37,523 bases of DNA. Origin: Candidatus Adlerbacteria bacterium. GTDB taxonomy: Bacteria > Patescibacteriota > Minisyncoccia > Phycocordibacterales > SBAW01. Location: the NCBI GenBank assembly GCA_027451965.1, contig DAIDHJ010000001.1:317276-354798 (forward strand). The letters are read 5' to 3'. This document shows, piece by piece, positions 8,520 to 17,828 of the stretch. The notes under the pieces are model-generated. The model was not told the origin of the DNA, did no database searches, and saw only the letters and a program-made list of their open reading frames with translations. Numbering within the stretch: the first letter of the stretch is position 1; every line of letters begins with the position of its first letter. A program made the position numbers and the translations under genes.

Positions 8520-10733
8520 TTATTTTTTGGTTCGTTTTTTTGCTGCGCCTCCGCGGCCACGTGTTTTCTTTTCTTCGGAGAGAATCTCAAGTGCACGGGA
8601 AAGTTCCACGGTGTACACGTCATCCTGTTTGAGTGAACGAAAATCACCGTCATGCATGATGTAGGGGCCGAATCTCCCTACATTGGCGATAATCGGCTTT
8701 CCCGTCTGTGGATGCTCGCCCAGTGTGCGCGGCAGGGAAAGATAATGCAACGCGTCTTCTAGGGTTACCGTACTTGGATCTTTTTCTCGGGGAACACTCG
8801 CGCGACGCGGTTTTTCTTTTCCTTTCTTTTTTCCTTTCTCCGGGATACCTATCTGTACGTACGGACCAAACCGGCCGGTAAGCAGATATATAGGAAGACC
8901 GCTTACAGGATCTGTCCCTAATGGCTCTGGCGGTTCATTGGAAAGCACTTCTCCTGTTTCAGTGCGTGCTCCCGTGCACTCAGGAAAACGAGAGCAGCTC
9001 ATGAATTTTCCTTGCCGTGAGAGTTTATACACCATAGGAGCCCCGCATACGGGGCAGGGGAATGCTTCCGGTGCTGGCCCCAGATCGGTGAGCTTGCCGA
9101 CCGTATCTTCTTTTGTTTTCACTTCCTGTTGGAACGGCGTATAAAAATCCTTGAGCGTTTTTACGTATTCGCGTTTCCCTTGTGCGATATCGTCAAGTTC
9201 GTCCTCCATTTCTGCTGTAAAAGTATCGCTGATATAGGTAGGAAAGTTATCTTCAAGAAACGTGGATACCACATCTCCCGTTTCCGTAGGGATGAGAGAG
9301 CGGCCTTCTTTCACGACATAGCCGCGGTCATTGAGCGTTTTCATGATGGAGGCATAGGTGGATGGCCGACCAATGCCTCGCTTCTCCAATTCTTTAATAA
9401 GTCCTGCCTCAGAGTATCGTGCCGGTGGTTGGGTTTGTTTTGCCTGCGACTGTATATCAACGAGCGTAAGCGCATCTCCTACAGAGAGCTTTGGAACTTC
9501 AGTATCTTCTCCTCGTGCATCAGGATCTGCCTGTAGCCATCCGGGAGATACTACCCGTGAACCATTGATAGCAAATGCAGGGATATCTTTCGTACGAATC
9601 GTAGTGCTCACCTTAGTGCGCAGCATCTTCGCTTCTGGCATCTGTGAAGCGATGGTACGGGCCCAGATAAGTCCATACAATCTTTTTTGTTCATCGGTAG
9701 TACCCGCTTTGCGTACCATAGGATGAGTGGGGCGGATCGCTTCATGGGCTTCCTGTGCATTTTTACTTTTGGTTTTGTAGCTCTGTGCCACATACTGTCC
9801 GGCGCCAAAGAGGTGTTCGGTGATTTTCTGTATTTCTTGATGTGCTTGCGCACTCAGCGTGGTTGAGTCCGTACGCATATAGGTGATATGTCCGGCTTCA
9901 TAGAGTTTTTGCGCGATTCCCATAGTACGCGACGGCGCAAACCCCAGGCGGGAACTGGCTGCCTGTTGGAGTGTTGAGGTGGTAAATGGCGGATTGGGAC
10001 GTCGGCTTACTTCGGTCTCCTTAATATCTTCCACAAACCATGTCCCATGCTTTCCTTTATGGAGAATGTCTTCTACCTGTTTGCTGTCGCGCGGTTCTTC
10101 TTCGCACGTTACGGTAAAGGGGCTTTTGCCGTTTTGTAATTGTGCGGTGACGACCCAATAGTCTTCCGGATGAAATGCGCGAATTTCCCGCTCGCGTTCC
10201 ATAATAATGCGCAGAGCGGGGGATTGTACGCGGCCTGCGGAGAGTCCGTAGCGGACCTTTTTCCAGATGAGGCCGGAAAGATCGTAGCCGACCAGCCGGT
10301 CGAGCACGCGGCGCGCTTCCTGGGCAAGGCGCAAATGCTCGTCTATGGGGCGGGGATGGCGCAGCGCTTCTGCGATCGCTTCTTTCGTAATTTCATGGAA
10401 GACAATACGTTCCGGTTTCTTGAGCTTCAGTTCTTGGGCGATGTGCCATGCGATCGCTTCTCCTTCGCGGTCGGGGTCGGTAGCAAGAATCACTTCTGCA
10501 GCCTTGCGGGCAAGAGCGCGTAATGAGCTGATCACCTCTTCTTTATTCGGCACGACTTCGTAGTGAGGTACGAATCCTGCAGGAATGTCGATTGCCTTCT
10601 TATTGTTCTTGGGAAGATCACGCACATGTCCCACGGAAGCGCGCACAGTAAAATCTCCCGAGCTATCAATCTCGGAAAGATATTTTTCGATGGTTTTCGC
10701 TTTTGCGGGGGATTCGACAATAACTAATTTCAT
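8520..10733 (-). CDS. topA: DNA topoisomerase I
   Basis: MKLVIVESPAKAKTI, ATDPDREGEAI, SAGRVQS, ITYMRTD, QEAHEAIRPT, GIGRPSTY, one C4 zinc ribbon, two GRFGPY repeats. Confidence 0.97.
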   Translation of the reverse strand: MKLVIVESPAKAKTIEKYLSEIDSSGDFTVRASVGHVRDLPKNNKKAIDIPAGFVPHYEVVPNKEEVISSLRALARKAAEVILATDPDREGEAIAWHIAQELKLKKPERIVFHEITKEAIAEALRHPRPIDEHLRLAQEARRVLDRLVGYDLSGLIWKKVRYGLSAGRVQSPALRIIMEREREIRAFHPEDYWVVTAQLQNGKSPFTVTCEEEPRDSKQVEDILHKGKHGTWFVEDIKETEVSRRPNPPFTTSTLQQAASSRLGFAPSRTMGIAQKLYEAGHITYMRTDSTTLSAQAHQEIQKITEHLFGAGQYVAQSYKTKSKNAQEAHEAIRPTHPMVRKAGTTDEQKRLYGLIWARTIASQMPEAKMLRTKVSTTIRTKDIPAFAINGSRVVSPGWLQADPDARGEDTEVPKLSVGDALTLVDIQSQAKQTQPPARYSEAGLIKELEKRGIGRPSTYASIMKTLNDRGYVVKEGRSLIPTETGDVVSTFLEDNFPTYISDTFTAEMEDELDDIAQGKREYVKTLKDFYTPFQQEVKTKEDTVGKLTDLGPAPEAFPCPVCGAPMVYKLSRQGKFMSCSRFPECTGARTETGEVLSNEPPEPLGTDPVSGLPIYLLTGRFGPYVQIGIPEKGKKKGKEKPRRASVPREKDPSTVTLEDALHYLSLPRTLGEHPQTGKPIIANVGRFGPYIMHDGDFRSLKQDDVYTVELSRALEILSEEKKTRGRGGAAKKRTKK

Positions 10734-10801
10734 ACGTAAAGCTGTACCCATTGATACAACGAATTATAAAAGAGTGCAAAATGAAGCTGTTTTTAAAAAA
10801 T

Positions 10802-10829
10802 AAAAGAGCCGTCTGCTGACGGCTCTTTT
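10802..10829. terminator. Intrinsic terminator after the orphan gene 10839..11270
   Basis: AAAAGAGCCGTC-TGCT-GACGGCTCTTTT, flanked by A/T tracts. Confidence 0.85.
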
Positions 10830-10838
10830 CTTTCTTAT

Positions 10839-11270
10839 TCATGAGGCTCTCATATGAGGCATTCTCTCCATATCGTCTAGATAATATCCATAGACAGGAA
10901 ACCTGCTTGGCTTGAAATGTGATACCACGTTCTTCGGATAGACAGCGGCCTCCTTCCATTTTCCGCTTTGTATCCAGTCGTAGAGCACCACCTCACTCTT
11001 GCTTCCGCATATGAGTATTATCCAGCCGCCGGGCACGAATCCTGAAATGTCGTGCCGGAGGGGTTTGACTGGTTCCAGGCGAGGCCGTCCTTTTCCATCG
11101 ATACTGTACGCGATGATCCAATCATGCCGGGCGGCAACAGCAATACTCACTGTTCCCACGTGCATAACTTGCATCGCAAGGTGTTTACAGGGGATGACCA
11201 ATCTGAATCCATCAGGAGTTAGGGATATGCCACCATTCTCAGGAAAGTCGCAGGAAATTTTTCCGTACAC
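10839..11270 (-). CDS. Hypothetical orphan protein (~143 aa)
   Basis: Non-overlapping part of the 338-aa ORF. GTG start preceded by SD-like GAGAGGTG; own terminator; no family recognised. Confidence 0.6.
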   Translation of the reverse strand: MYGKISCDFPENGGISLTPDGFRLVIPCKHLAMQVMHVGTVSIAVAARHDWIIAYSIDGKGRPRLEPVKPLRHDISGFVPGGWIILICGSKSEVVLYDWIQSGKWKEAAVYPKNVVSHFKPSRFPVYGYYLDDMERMPHMRAS

Positions 11271-11400
11271 CTTACACCTCTCACTTCCAGGAGGATCATA
11301 ATCCAAAGTGCTATAAATTGGTATAGCCCCTGTGTGTACAGTGGTTTTCGTACAATAGAGTGCTTTTCTGTGCAGATGATATGCGCTATGCTCCTTATAT

Positions 11401-12693
11401 ATGTTAGATATCACCTTCATCCGAGAGAATCCGGATATCATCCGTGCGGCGATGAAGCATAAGCACCGGGAAGGGGTTGATCTTGATCGGCTGCTCCATC
11501 TTGCTGATGAACGCAAGAAGCTTGCCGGAGAGGTGAGTGAAATAAATAGAAAGCGTAATGAAGCGGCCGCTGCCCGAGACGGTGAGGCAGGAAAAAAACT
11601 CAAGGATGATTTACGGAATGTGGAAGAGCAGTACCAAGCAGTAGAGAAAGAGCTTCTCTCTCTGCTCATCCAGCTTCCTAATATTCCTTCTGCTGATACG
11701 CCGGTTGGTCCGGATGAATCGGGGAACGTGGTGGTGCGGCAGTGGGGCGAAAAACCAACCTTTTCGTTTGCTGCGAAACCGCATTGGGAGCTAGGCGAAA
11801 TGCTTGGCATTATCGACAGCGAGAAGGCGGCAGAGGTATCCGGTGCCCGTTTCACCTACCTCAAGGGTGATCTTGCGCTCATGCAGTTTGCGCTGCTGCA
11901 ATTCGTTCTCAAAACGTTTACTTCCGAGGAAATACTCGGAACGATCATAAAAGGTGCGGGCCTTTCAGTCTCAGCAAAACCGTTTATTCCCGTCATACCT
12001 CCGATCATGATGCGATCCCAGGTCATGAACCGCATGGCGCGGCTCGATCCTATTGATGAACGGTACTATTTTGAGAAAGACGATCTGGTGTTCATCGGAA
12101 GCGCGGAACACACGCTTGGTCCGTTGCATATGGATGAGACGCTTACTCCAGAGCATCTGCCGCTGCGCTATGTGGCGTATACGCCTGCGTTCCGTCGGGA
12201 AGCAGGAGCAGCGGGAAAAGATACGCGCGGCATCCTACGGCTCCATCAGTTCGATAAAATTGAGATGGAATCATTCACGCTTCCGGAAGAAGGACTTGCA
12301 GAGCAAGATCTATTTGTCGCTATTCAGGAATATTGTATGCAGCAGCTCGGCATTCCGTACCAGGTGATGCTTATTTGTACCGGAGATATGGGATTTCCTG
12401 ATCAGCGGCAGTTTGATATTGAATCATGGATGCCCGGACAGGGAGTGTATCGAGAGACTCACACTTCTGATTACGTGGGCGGTTTCCAATCTCGCCGGCT
12501 CAATACGAAAGTAAAACGAGCAGACGGCGCCACAGAACCCGTGCACATGAACGATGCCACCGCGATTGCTATGGGACGCACCCTCATTGCTATTCTTGAA
12601 AATTACCAGGAAGCGGACGGCTCTATCCGCATTCCTGCGGTTCTCCGCCCGTTCATGCTCGGAAAAGAACGGATCGAAAAGGTGCGCGCATAA
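11401..12693 (+). CDS. serS: Serine--tRNA ligase
   Basis: MLDITFIREN, LPNIP, GSAEHTL, AFRREAG..GKDTRGILRLHQFDKIE, DIESWMP, GRTLIAILENYQ. Confidence 0.97.
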   Translation: MLDITFIRENPDIIRAAMKHKHREGVDLDRLLHLADERKKLAGEVSEINRKRNEAAAARDGEAGKKLKDDLRNVEEQYQAVEKELLSLLIQLPNIPSADTPVGPDESGNVVVRQWGEKPTFSFAAKPHWELGEMLGIIDSEKAAEVSGARFTYLKGDLALMQFALLQFVLKTFTSEEILGTIIKGAGLSVSAKPFIPVIPPIMMRSQVMNRMARLDPIDERYYFEKDDLVFIGSAEHTLGPLHMDETLTPEHLPLRYVAYTPAFRREAGAAGKDTRGILRLHQFDKIEMESFTLPEEGLAEQDLFVAIQEYCMQQLGIPYQVMLICTGDMGFPDQRQFDIESWMPGQGVYRETHTSDYVGGFQSRRLNTKVKRADGATEPVHMNDATAIAMGRTLIAILENYQEADGSIRIPAVLRPFMLGKERIEKVRA

Positions 12694-12699
12694 TCTTCT

Positions 12700-13521
12700 A
12701 TGGCACCCCGTGTTGTGCTTCCGGAATCTCGCATACGCCTGCAGCGCCATCAGCGTCGCATGTTGCTGTTGTGGTCTGCTGTCACTGTATGCATTCTCCT
12801 GCTGGGCGGCAGTATTGCACTGCTATGGCTACCGCAGTGGCGCATTACCGCGGTGTCGATAACTGGCACACAAACACTCACTCCTTCTGCTATTGCCACT
12901 GTCGCGTATGCGGATCTGTCGGGAAGATACGGATATATAATCCCCAAAAATAATGTGCTGGTATATCCGAAGCAAAAAATCAGTGCGGATGTATTGCGTC
13001 AATTTCCTGTACTGCAAACCGTATCAGTTGGTATAGAAAATTTTCACACGCTGCGTGTGAGGGTGGTGGAGCGCACTCCTGTCGCGCAGTATTGCGGGAG
13101 CGAAGCGGCTTCAAATACCCCTTGTTATCTACTTGATCAAAGTGGAATGGTATACGCTCCTGCTTTGCAGAATTCGGAGAGTGCGTATGTATCCTATTTT
13201 GGATCGACGACGCAAGGAGCTCTTCCGTGGCAGTATCTTTCCCCGGAGCAATTCCAATCATTGCTGGCACTGACTCAAGCGGTGAACGGAGTGGCGAAGA
13301 CCGATACGGTACATAGTGTCTCTGTTGATTCTTTGGGAGAGGTGCATATGACGTTCGGAAGCGGTTTCACGCTCCTGTTCATGCTTTCACAGAATCCAGC
13401 AGATGTGCTGCATAGTTTCTCATTGGCGCTTACTAGTGACCCGTTTACCACCCATGCACTGTCGGCGGTGGAATATCTTGATATGCGATTCGGGGATCGG
13501 CTGTACTACAAACTCAAATAA
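12700..13521 (+). CDS. ftsQ: Cell division protein FtsQ/DivIB-like (POTRA)
   Basis: Basic N-tail, single TM, ITAVSITG POTRA start, V.V.ER.P, YLLDQSG, C-terminal YLDMRFGDRLYYK. Confidence 0.8.
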   Translation: MAPRVVLPESRIRLQRHQRRMLLLWSAVTVCILLLGGSIALLWLPQWRITAVSITGTQTLTPSAIATVAYADLSGRYGYIIPKNNVLVYPKQKISADVLRQFPVLQTVSVGIENFHTLRVRVVERTPVAQYCGSEAASNTPCYLLDQSGMVYAPALQNSESAYVSYFGSTTQGALPWQYLSPEQFQSLLALTQAVNGVAKTDTVHSVSVDSLGEVHMTFGSGFTLLFMLSQNPADVLHSFSLALTSDPFTTHALSAVEYLDMRFGDRLYYKLK

Positions 13522-13536
13522 CAGTAAGGTAATTGC

Positions 13537-14499
13537 ATGCATAACTTTTGGAAGCAGTTGCCGCGGCCGTTTTTTGTGTTGGCACCGCTTGCCAACGTGA
13601 CGGATGCTGCATTCCGCACCCTTATCGCACGCTATTCCAAACCGCATGGTCCACAGGTCATGTACACCGAATTTGTTTCTGCGGACGGGCTGATGCATGG
13701 GAATCGGGACGTGCTGCTGCGGGATCTTCAGTTTAGCGATGCACAGCGTCCAATCGTGGCGCAGCTCTTTACCAGCGATCCCGGATCGATGGAAGCGGCT
13801 GCCGGATTAGCTGCTGAACTCGGATTTGATGGGATTGATATCAATATGGGATGCCCGGATCGGGCAGTCGAAAGACAAGGCGCGGGAGCGGCACTGATCA
13901 AGAACATGTCCCAGGCAGTAAAAGTGATAGAGGCTGCGCAACGCGGTGCCCCAACGCTTCCCATTTCAGTAAAAACTCGCTTGGGGTATAACACGGATGT
14001 ACTTGAATCATGGGTGGAGACGCTGCTCTCCACCCCCATTGCAGCGCTTACTATCCACGCCCGCACGCGCAAGGAAATGTCCAAGGTTCCGGCTCGATGG
14101 GAACGCATCGCTCGAGCGGTGGAACTGCGCAATGCGTTGCGGAGTCCTGTTTGTATCATCGGCAATGGCGATGTAGTGGATCTTGCCGATGCTGCGCAGA
14201 AAGCGGCGCATACCGGCGCTGACGGGGTCATGCTCGGAAGAGCTATTTTCGGCACACCCTGGCTGTTTGACCCATCTCGACGGCCGACGCTGCGCGAACG
14301 CTTGGAGATTGCCATCGAACACACCGCCTTATTTGAAAGAATGCTGGGAGATCTCAAAAATTTTGCGATTATGAAAAAACATTTTAAGGCGTACATCGAA
14401 GGGTTCCCGGGTGCAAAAGAACTGCGGATGCGCCTTATGGAAACCAAACAGGCGGGAGAAGTGGAAGAGATATTGCGCGAGTATATCGCATCGATATGA
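13537..14499 (+). CDS. dus: tRNA-dihydrouridine synthase
   Basis: LAPLANVTDAAFR, YTEFVS, GIDINMGCP, VKTRLG, TIHART, IGNGDV, DGVMLGRA. Confidence 0.93.
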   Translation: MHNFWKQLPRPFFVLAPLANVTDAAFRTLIARYSKPHGPQVMYTEFVSADGLMHGNRDVLLRDLQFSDAQRPIVAQLFTSDPGSMEAAAGLAAELGFDGIDINMGCPDRAVERQGAGAALIKNMSQAVKVIEAAQRGAPTLPISVKTRLGYNTDVLESWVETLLSTPIAALTIHARTRKEMSKVPARWERIARAVELRNALRSPVCIIGNGDVVDLADAAQKAAHTGADGVMLGRAIFGTPWLFDPSRRPTLRERLEIAIEHTALFERMLGDLKNFAIMKKHFKAYIEGFPGAKELRMRLMETKQAGEVEEILREYIASI

Positions 14500-14529
14500 G
14501 CCCTCATATTTCTTTTGTATACTGAAGAC

Positions 14530-15585
14530 ATGGCTAGGACCGCCTCCAAAGAAAGCACTGGAATAGCACTCTATCGAAAGTACCGTCCCCACACGTTTGC
14601 GGAAGTACGCGATCAGCAACATATTGTCTCGGTGCTTGAAGCGGCTGTTGAACGGGGAACCATTGCGCACGCATACCTGTTTTCTGGAAGCCGCGGCACG
14701 GGCAAAACCTCTCTTGCGCGTATTCTTGCGCGAGCGGTGGGAACGAGCGATCAGGATATTTATGAACTGGATGCCGCGAGCAATCGCGGCATCGATGAAA
14801 TACGGGAACTGCGCGAGGGAGTGGCGACGCTGCCGTTCGATTCAACGTATAAATTTTATATTCTCGATGAAGTGCATGCGCTTACGCCGCAAGCGTGGGG
14901 AGCGCTTCTCAAAACACTGGAAGAGCCTCCGGAGCATGTGGTGTTTGTGCTGGCAACGACCGAGTTCGATAAGGTGCCTGAAACTATTGTCTCTCGTTGC
15001 CAGGTATTTCAGCTCAAAAAGCCTTCTCACGAGACGCTTAAAAAACTGGTATTGGATGTGGCGAAGAAAGAAGGTGCATCGCTCGCGTCCTCTGGGGCGG
15101 AACTCATCGCTCTTATGGGAGACGGATCGTTCCGCGATACGCTCGGTATTTTGCAAAAAGTGCTTACGCTTTCCACAGATGGAAAACTTTCTGAAGAAGA
15201 AGTAGCAAAAGTGGTCGGTGCGCCGTCTGGCACTCTGGTGAACGGATTTCTGCAAGAACTTTCGGTAAAGCATATTCCGGAAGCGCTAAAACTGTTTTCT
15301 CAAGCACGGGAGGGGGGAGTGGAGACAAAAGTATTTTCACTGCTGATCATTACCAAAATACGCGCGGTGCTGCTGGTACGGTTTGCTCCGGAGCTGAAGG
15401 GAGAGTTAGAAGAGCAGTTTGGAGCAGAGGATATGGAAGTGCTTACCACACTCGCCAAACAGAAGGACTCTGCAATAAATGCAGACCTGCTCTCCGCATT
15501 TATTACGGCACATTTGGAAATCGACCGTTCTCCTATTCAAGCGATTCCCTTGGAGCTGGCGATCTATAAAGTTCTGGGCGAGTAG
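14530..15585 (+). CDS. dnaX: DNA polymerase III subunit gamma/tau, short form
   Basis: LYRKYRP, HAYLFSGSRGTGKTS, ELDAASNRGID, ILDEVH, LLKTLEEPP, TIVSRC, GSFRD. Confidence 0.95.
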   Translation: MARTASKESTGIALYRKYRPHTFAEVRDQQHIVSVLEAAVERGTIAHAYLFSGSRGTGKTSLARILARAVGTSDQDIYELDAASNRGIDEIRELREGVATLPFDSTYKFYILDEVHALTPQAWGALLKTLEEPPEHVVFVLATTEFDKVPETIVSRCQVFQLKKPSHETLKKLVLDVAKKEGASLASSGAELIALMGDGSFRDTLGILQKVLTLSTDGKLSEEEVAKVVGAPSGTLVNGFLQELSVKHIPEALKLFSQAREGGVETKVFSLLIITKIRAVLLVRFAPELKGELEEQFGAEDMEVLTTLAKQKDSAINADLLSAFITAHLEIDRSPIQAIPLELAIYKVLGE

Positions 15586-15632
15586 TTCATTTCGCAAATC
15601 AAGCAATTTTTTGCTATGCTCAAAGGTGTTTT

Positions 15633-15703
15633 TGGGAGATCGTCTAATGGTAGGACAGCGGCCTTTGAAGCCGTTAATCATGGTTCGAATCCATGTCTCC
15701 CAG
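15633..15703 (+). tRNA. tRNA-Gln(TTG), 3' CCA not encoded (followed by CTA)
   Basis: TGGGAGA/TCTCCCA acceptor, GCGGC-CT TTG AA-GCCGT, CATGG-TTCGAAT-CCATG. Confidence 0.96.
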
Positions 15704-15778
15704 CTAGTATATTTACATATTAACGATACTGTTGTATAGTATTTTTAGTTACAAGTATCCCTTTGAAAGGAGGGTTTC

Positions 15779-17656
15779 ATGGTTCCTTCACAACTTCACA
15801 CCAAAGCTCGTGAGTTTACTGCTCAAGTGCCTAATATGTGGCGCATGATGCGTGAAGCACGTCAGTTCATGTATACCGTGAGTCCTTCCATGTATTACAT
15901 GTCATGGTTCGAAGGTATACTGGGCGGCATTGCTACACTAGGTGGTTTTGCTGCAGTAAGTGTATTTTTCCAACATGCGACTGGAGGTGCGGTACAGTCA
16001 TGGTTACATTCGCAACATGTAAGCATTGCTTTCATTATAGTAGCGCTTGTTGCTATCGTACTTTACTTTCTCATTCGCGGCACACTACATGCAATTGGTA
16101 ATTTGCGCAGGAGTCTTCTTCAAAACAAAGTAGAGCTACTCCTGGAGCAGGAAGAGATTAATCTGTTGATGAATTTAGATGCCGGACGTCTTTCTGACCC
16201 TGCATTTATGTTCATCAGAGAAAAAGCGACCAAATGGCATGGACGCAACGCCGTTTCCCAACTCTTTACAAAACAACGTAATGTGTTTGGAGCACTGGTT
16301 GGCGTTCTTGCATCTCTGGGTTTACTTGCAATATTGAACCCCCTCTTCATTGTACTTACCACAATTCCTATTGTGGTTGGAACACTTGCAGAAATGCAGC
16401 GCGAAAAGAAAGATCGCGCTATATGGGAATCAATGCATTTAACCCGTCGTTTACACGATGAGTACGAACGCTGTCTCATGGATCCCATGTATTTATTGCA
16501 AGGAAAGCTTTTTTGTTTTACATCGTACTGGCGAAAGCGCTACAACACGATGCAAAATGAACTGGTTCAAAAAGAACAAGAACTGGAGTGGTTCAGATAC
16601 AAGTGGAATCTCGTCAATGTGGGGACTGGGGTATGTATGCTCGCCATCATTATGGGGTACCTTGGTCATGGAATAGCTGATCGAACCATAGCATTTTCAG
16701 AAGTCTTTCTGATTTGGGGTAGCATGCAAACGCTCGCTCGCTCTATTACCAGTTTTTCTTCTTCGATCGGACAAATTTGGCAAGGATGTCTCGATTATAC
16801 GTACCGTGAGCAGTTTCTTACAACCAAGCCGCTTATCGACGAGTCGAAGTCGGAGTCGTTCCGATTTCCTTCTACGCCGAAGCTTGAGTTGCGAGAAGTT
16901 TTTTTCCGTTACCCACGGGAAGAGAACCTAGTACTCAAAGGGTGTTCAATTTCGATTACGCCAAATGAAAAGGTGGCTATCGTAGGTCAGAATGGTTCTG
17001 GGAAGAGTACGCTGTTACGGCTACTATCGAAGATCTACCTACCTGATGAGGGTCAGGTGCTAGTCGATGGTTTGTCGATTTCTCGCATTACACAATCTTC
17101 TTGGTTCGAGCAAATACTCTTTGCTACGCAGGATACTCAACTCCCGAGACTTACTGTCGAAGAAGTTCTTACAGGAGGACCTCCACGAACCGCTGATATG
17201 AATCGGCTTATCCAAGCTGCAGGGCATGCACGAGCTGTTGAAATGATCACCGATGAGTTTCCTCAGCAGTATGAACAACAACTTGGTGCTGACTGGCCAG
17301 ATGGTAAAGAACCATCGACTGGTCAGTGGCAACGGCTCAAGATCACCTCAGCCTTCTATCGACTACTTGAACCGGCAGTGCGCATCGGTCTCTTCGACGA
17401 ACCGATGTCGCAATGTGACGTAGAGACACGAGAACGTTTCTATCGTGAGTTACAAGGAGTCAGTGGTAAGACCATTATCGTGGTTGCACATGATCCTGTA
17501 TATCTGCACTATTTCCAGCGGGTTATCCTAATGGAACATGGCTGCATTGTACGAGATATGTGCACCCGAGAAGAGATTGTTGCTTATCAGCGCGAAGCTA
17601 TCCCTCGATTTGAGCAGATTGAGCGCAAGGGTAACCATCTTTGGTCAGTGGAGTAA
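15779..17656 (+). CDS. Fused ABC exporter (TMD + NBD), divergent
   Basis: About 6 TM helices, Walker A GQNGSGKST, signature PSTGQWQRL, Walker B GLFDEP, H-loop VAHD; SD AAAGGAGG. Confidence 0.9.
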   Translation: MVPSQLHTKAREFTAQVPNMWRMMREARQFMYTVSPSMYYMSWFEGILGGIATLGGFAAVSVFFQHATGGAVQSWLHSQHVSIAFIIVALVAIVLYFLIRGTLHAIGNLRRSLLQNKVELLLEQEEINLLMNLDAGRLSDPAFMFIREKATKWHGRNAVSQLFTKQRNVFGALVGVLASLGLLAILNPLFIVLTTIPIVVGTLAEMQREKKDRAIWESMHLTRRLHDEYERCLMDPMYLLQGKLFCFTSYWRKRYNTMQNELVQKEQELEWFRYKWNLVNVGTGVCMLAIIMGYLGHGIADRTIAFSEVFLIWGSMQTLARSITSFSSSIGQIWQGCLDYTYREQFLTTKPLIDESKSESFRFPSTPKLELREVFFRYPREENLVLKGCSISITPNEKVAIVGQNGSGKSTLLRLLSKIYLPDEGQVLVDGLSISRITQSSWFEQILFATQDTQLPRLTVEEVLTGGPPRTADMNRLIQAAGHARAVEMITDEFPQQYEQQLGADWPDGKEPSTGQWQRLKITSAFYRLLEPAVRIGLFDEPMSQCDVETRERFYRELQGVSGKTIIVVAHDPVYLHYFQRVILMEHGCIVRDMCTREEIVAYQREAIPRFEQIERKGNHLWSVE

Positions 17657-17668
17657 GTAGTTCAACAG

Positions 17669-17697
17669 AAAAAGGAGTCTTTCGAGACTCCTTTTTT
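17669..17697 (+). terminator. Intrinsic terminator
   Basis: AAAAAGGAGTCT-TTCG-AGACTCC followed by a T run. Confidence 0.9.
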
Positions 17698-17744
17698 ATT
17701 TTGATCTTAAGAGGCTTCTTATATTACCCAACTCACGCAGCAAG

Positions 17745-17777
17745 TACTTGACAAGTAAGTAATAAGTGTAGTATAAT
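17745..17777 (+). promoter_or_regulatory. Consensus sigma70 promoter with a palindromic -35 box
   Basis: TTGACA (17748-17753)-18 nt-TATAAT (17772-17777); palindrome TACTTG-A-CAAGTA. Confidence 0.8.
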
Positions 17778-17828
17778 GTAGAAGTACGATCTTTAACAGT
17801 TCTAGTCTAGCTCAAGAAAGGAGCAAAC

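Noticed and set aside
11271-11855. Upper part of the 338-aa - strand ORF
   Set aside because: Most of it is antisense to serS; only 10839-11270 has an SD, a start and a terminator.
15010-15025. dnaX programmed -1 frameshift site
   Set aside because: Only five As precede the G (not A AAA AAG), the site lies inside the ATPase region, and the gene has no tau extension.
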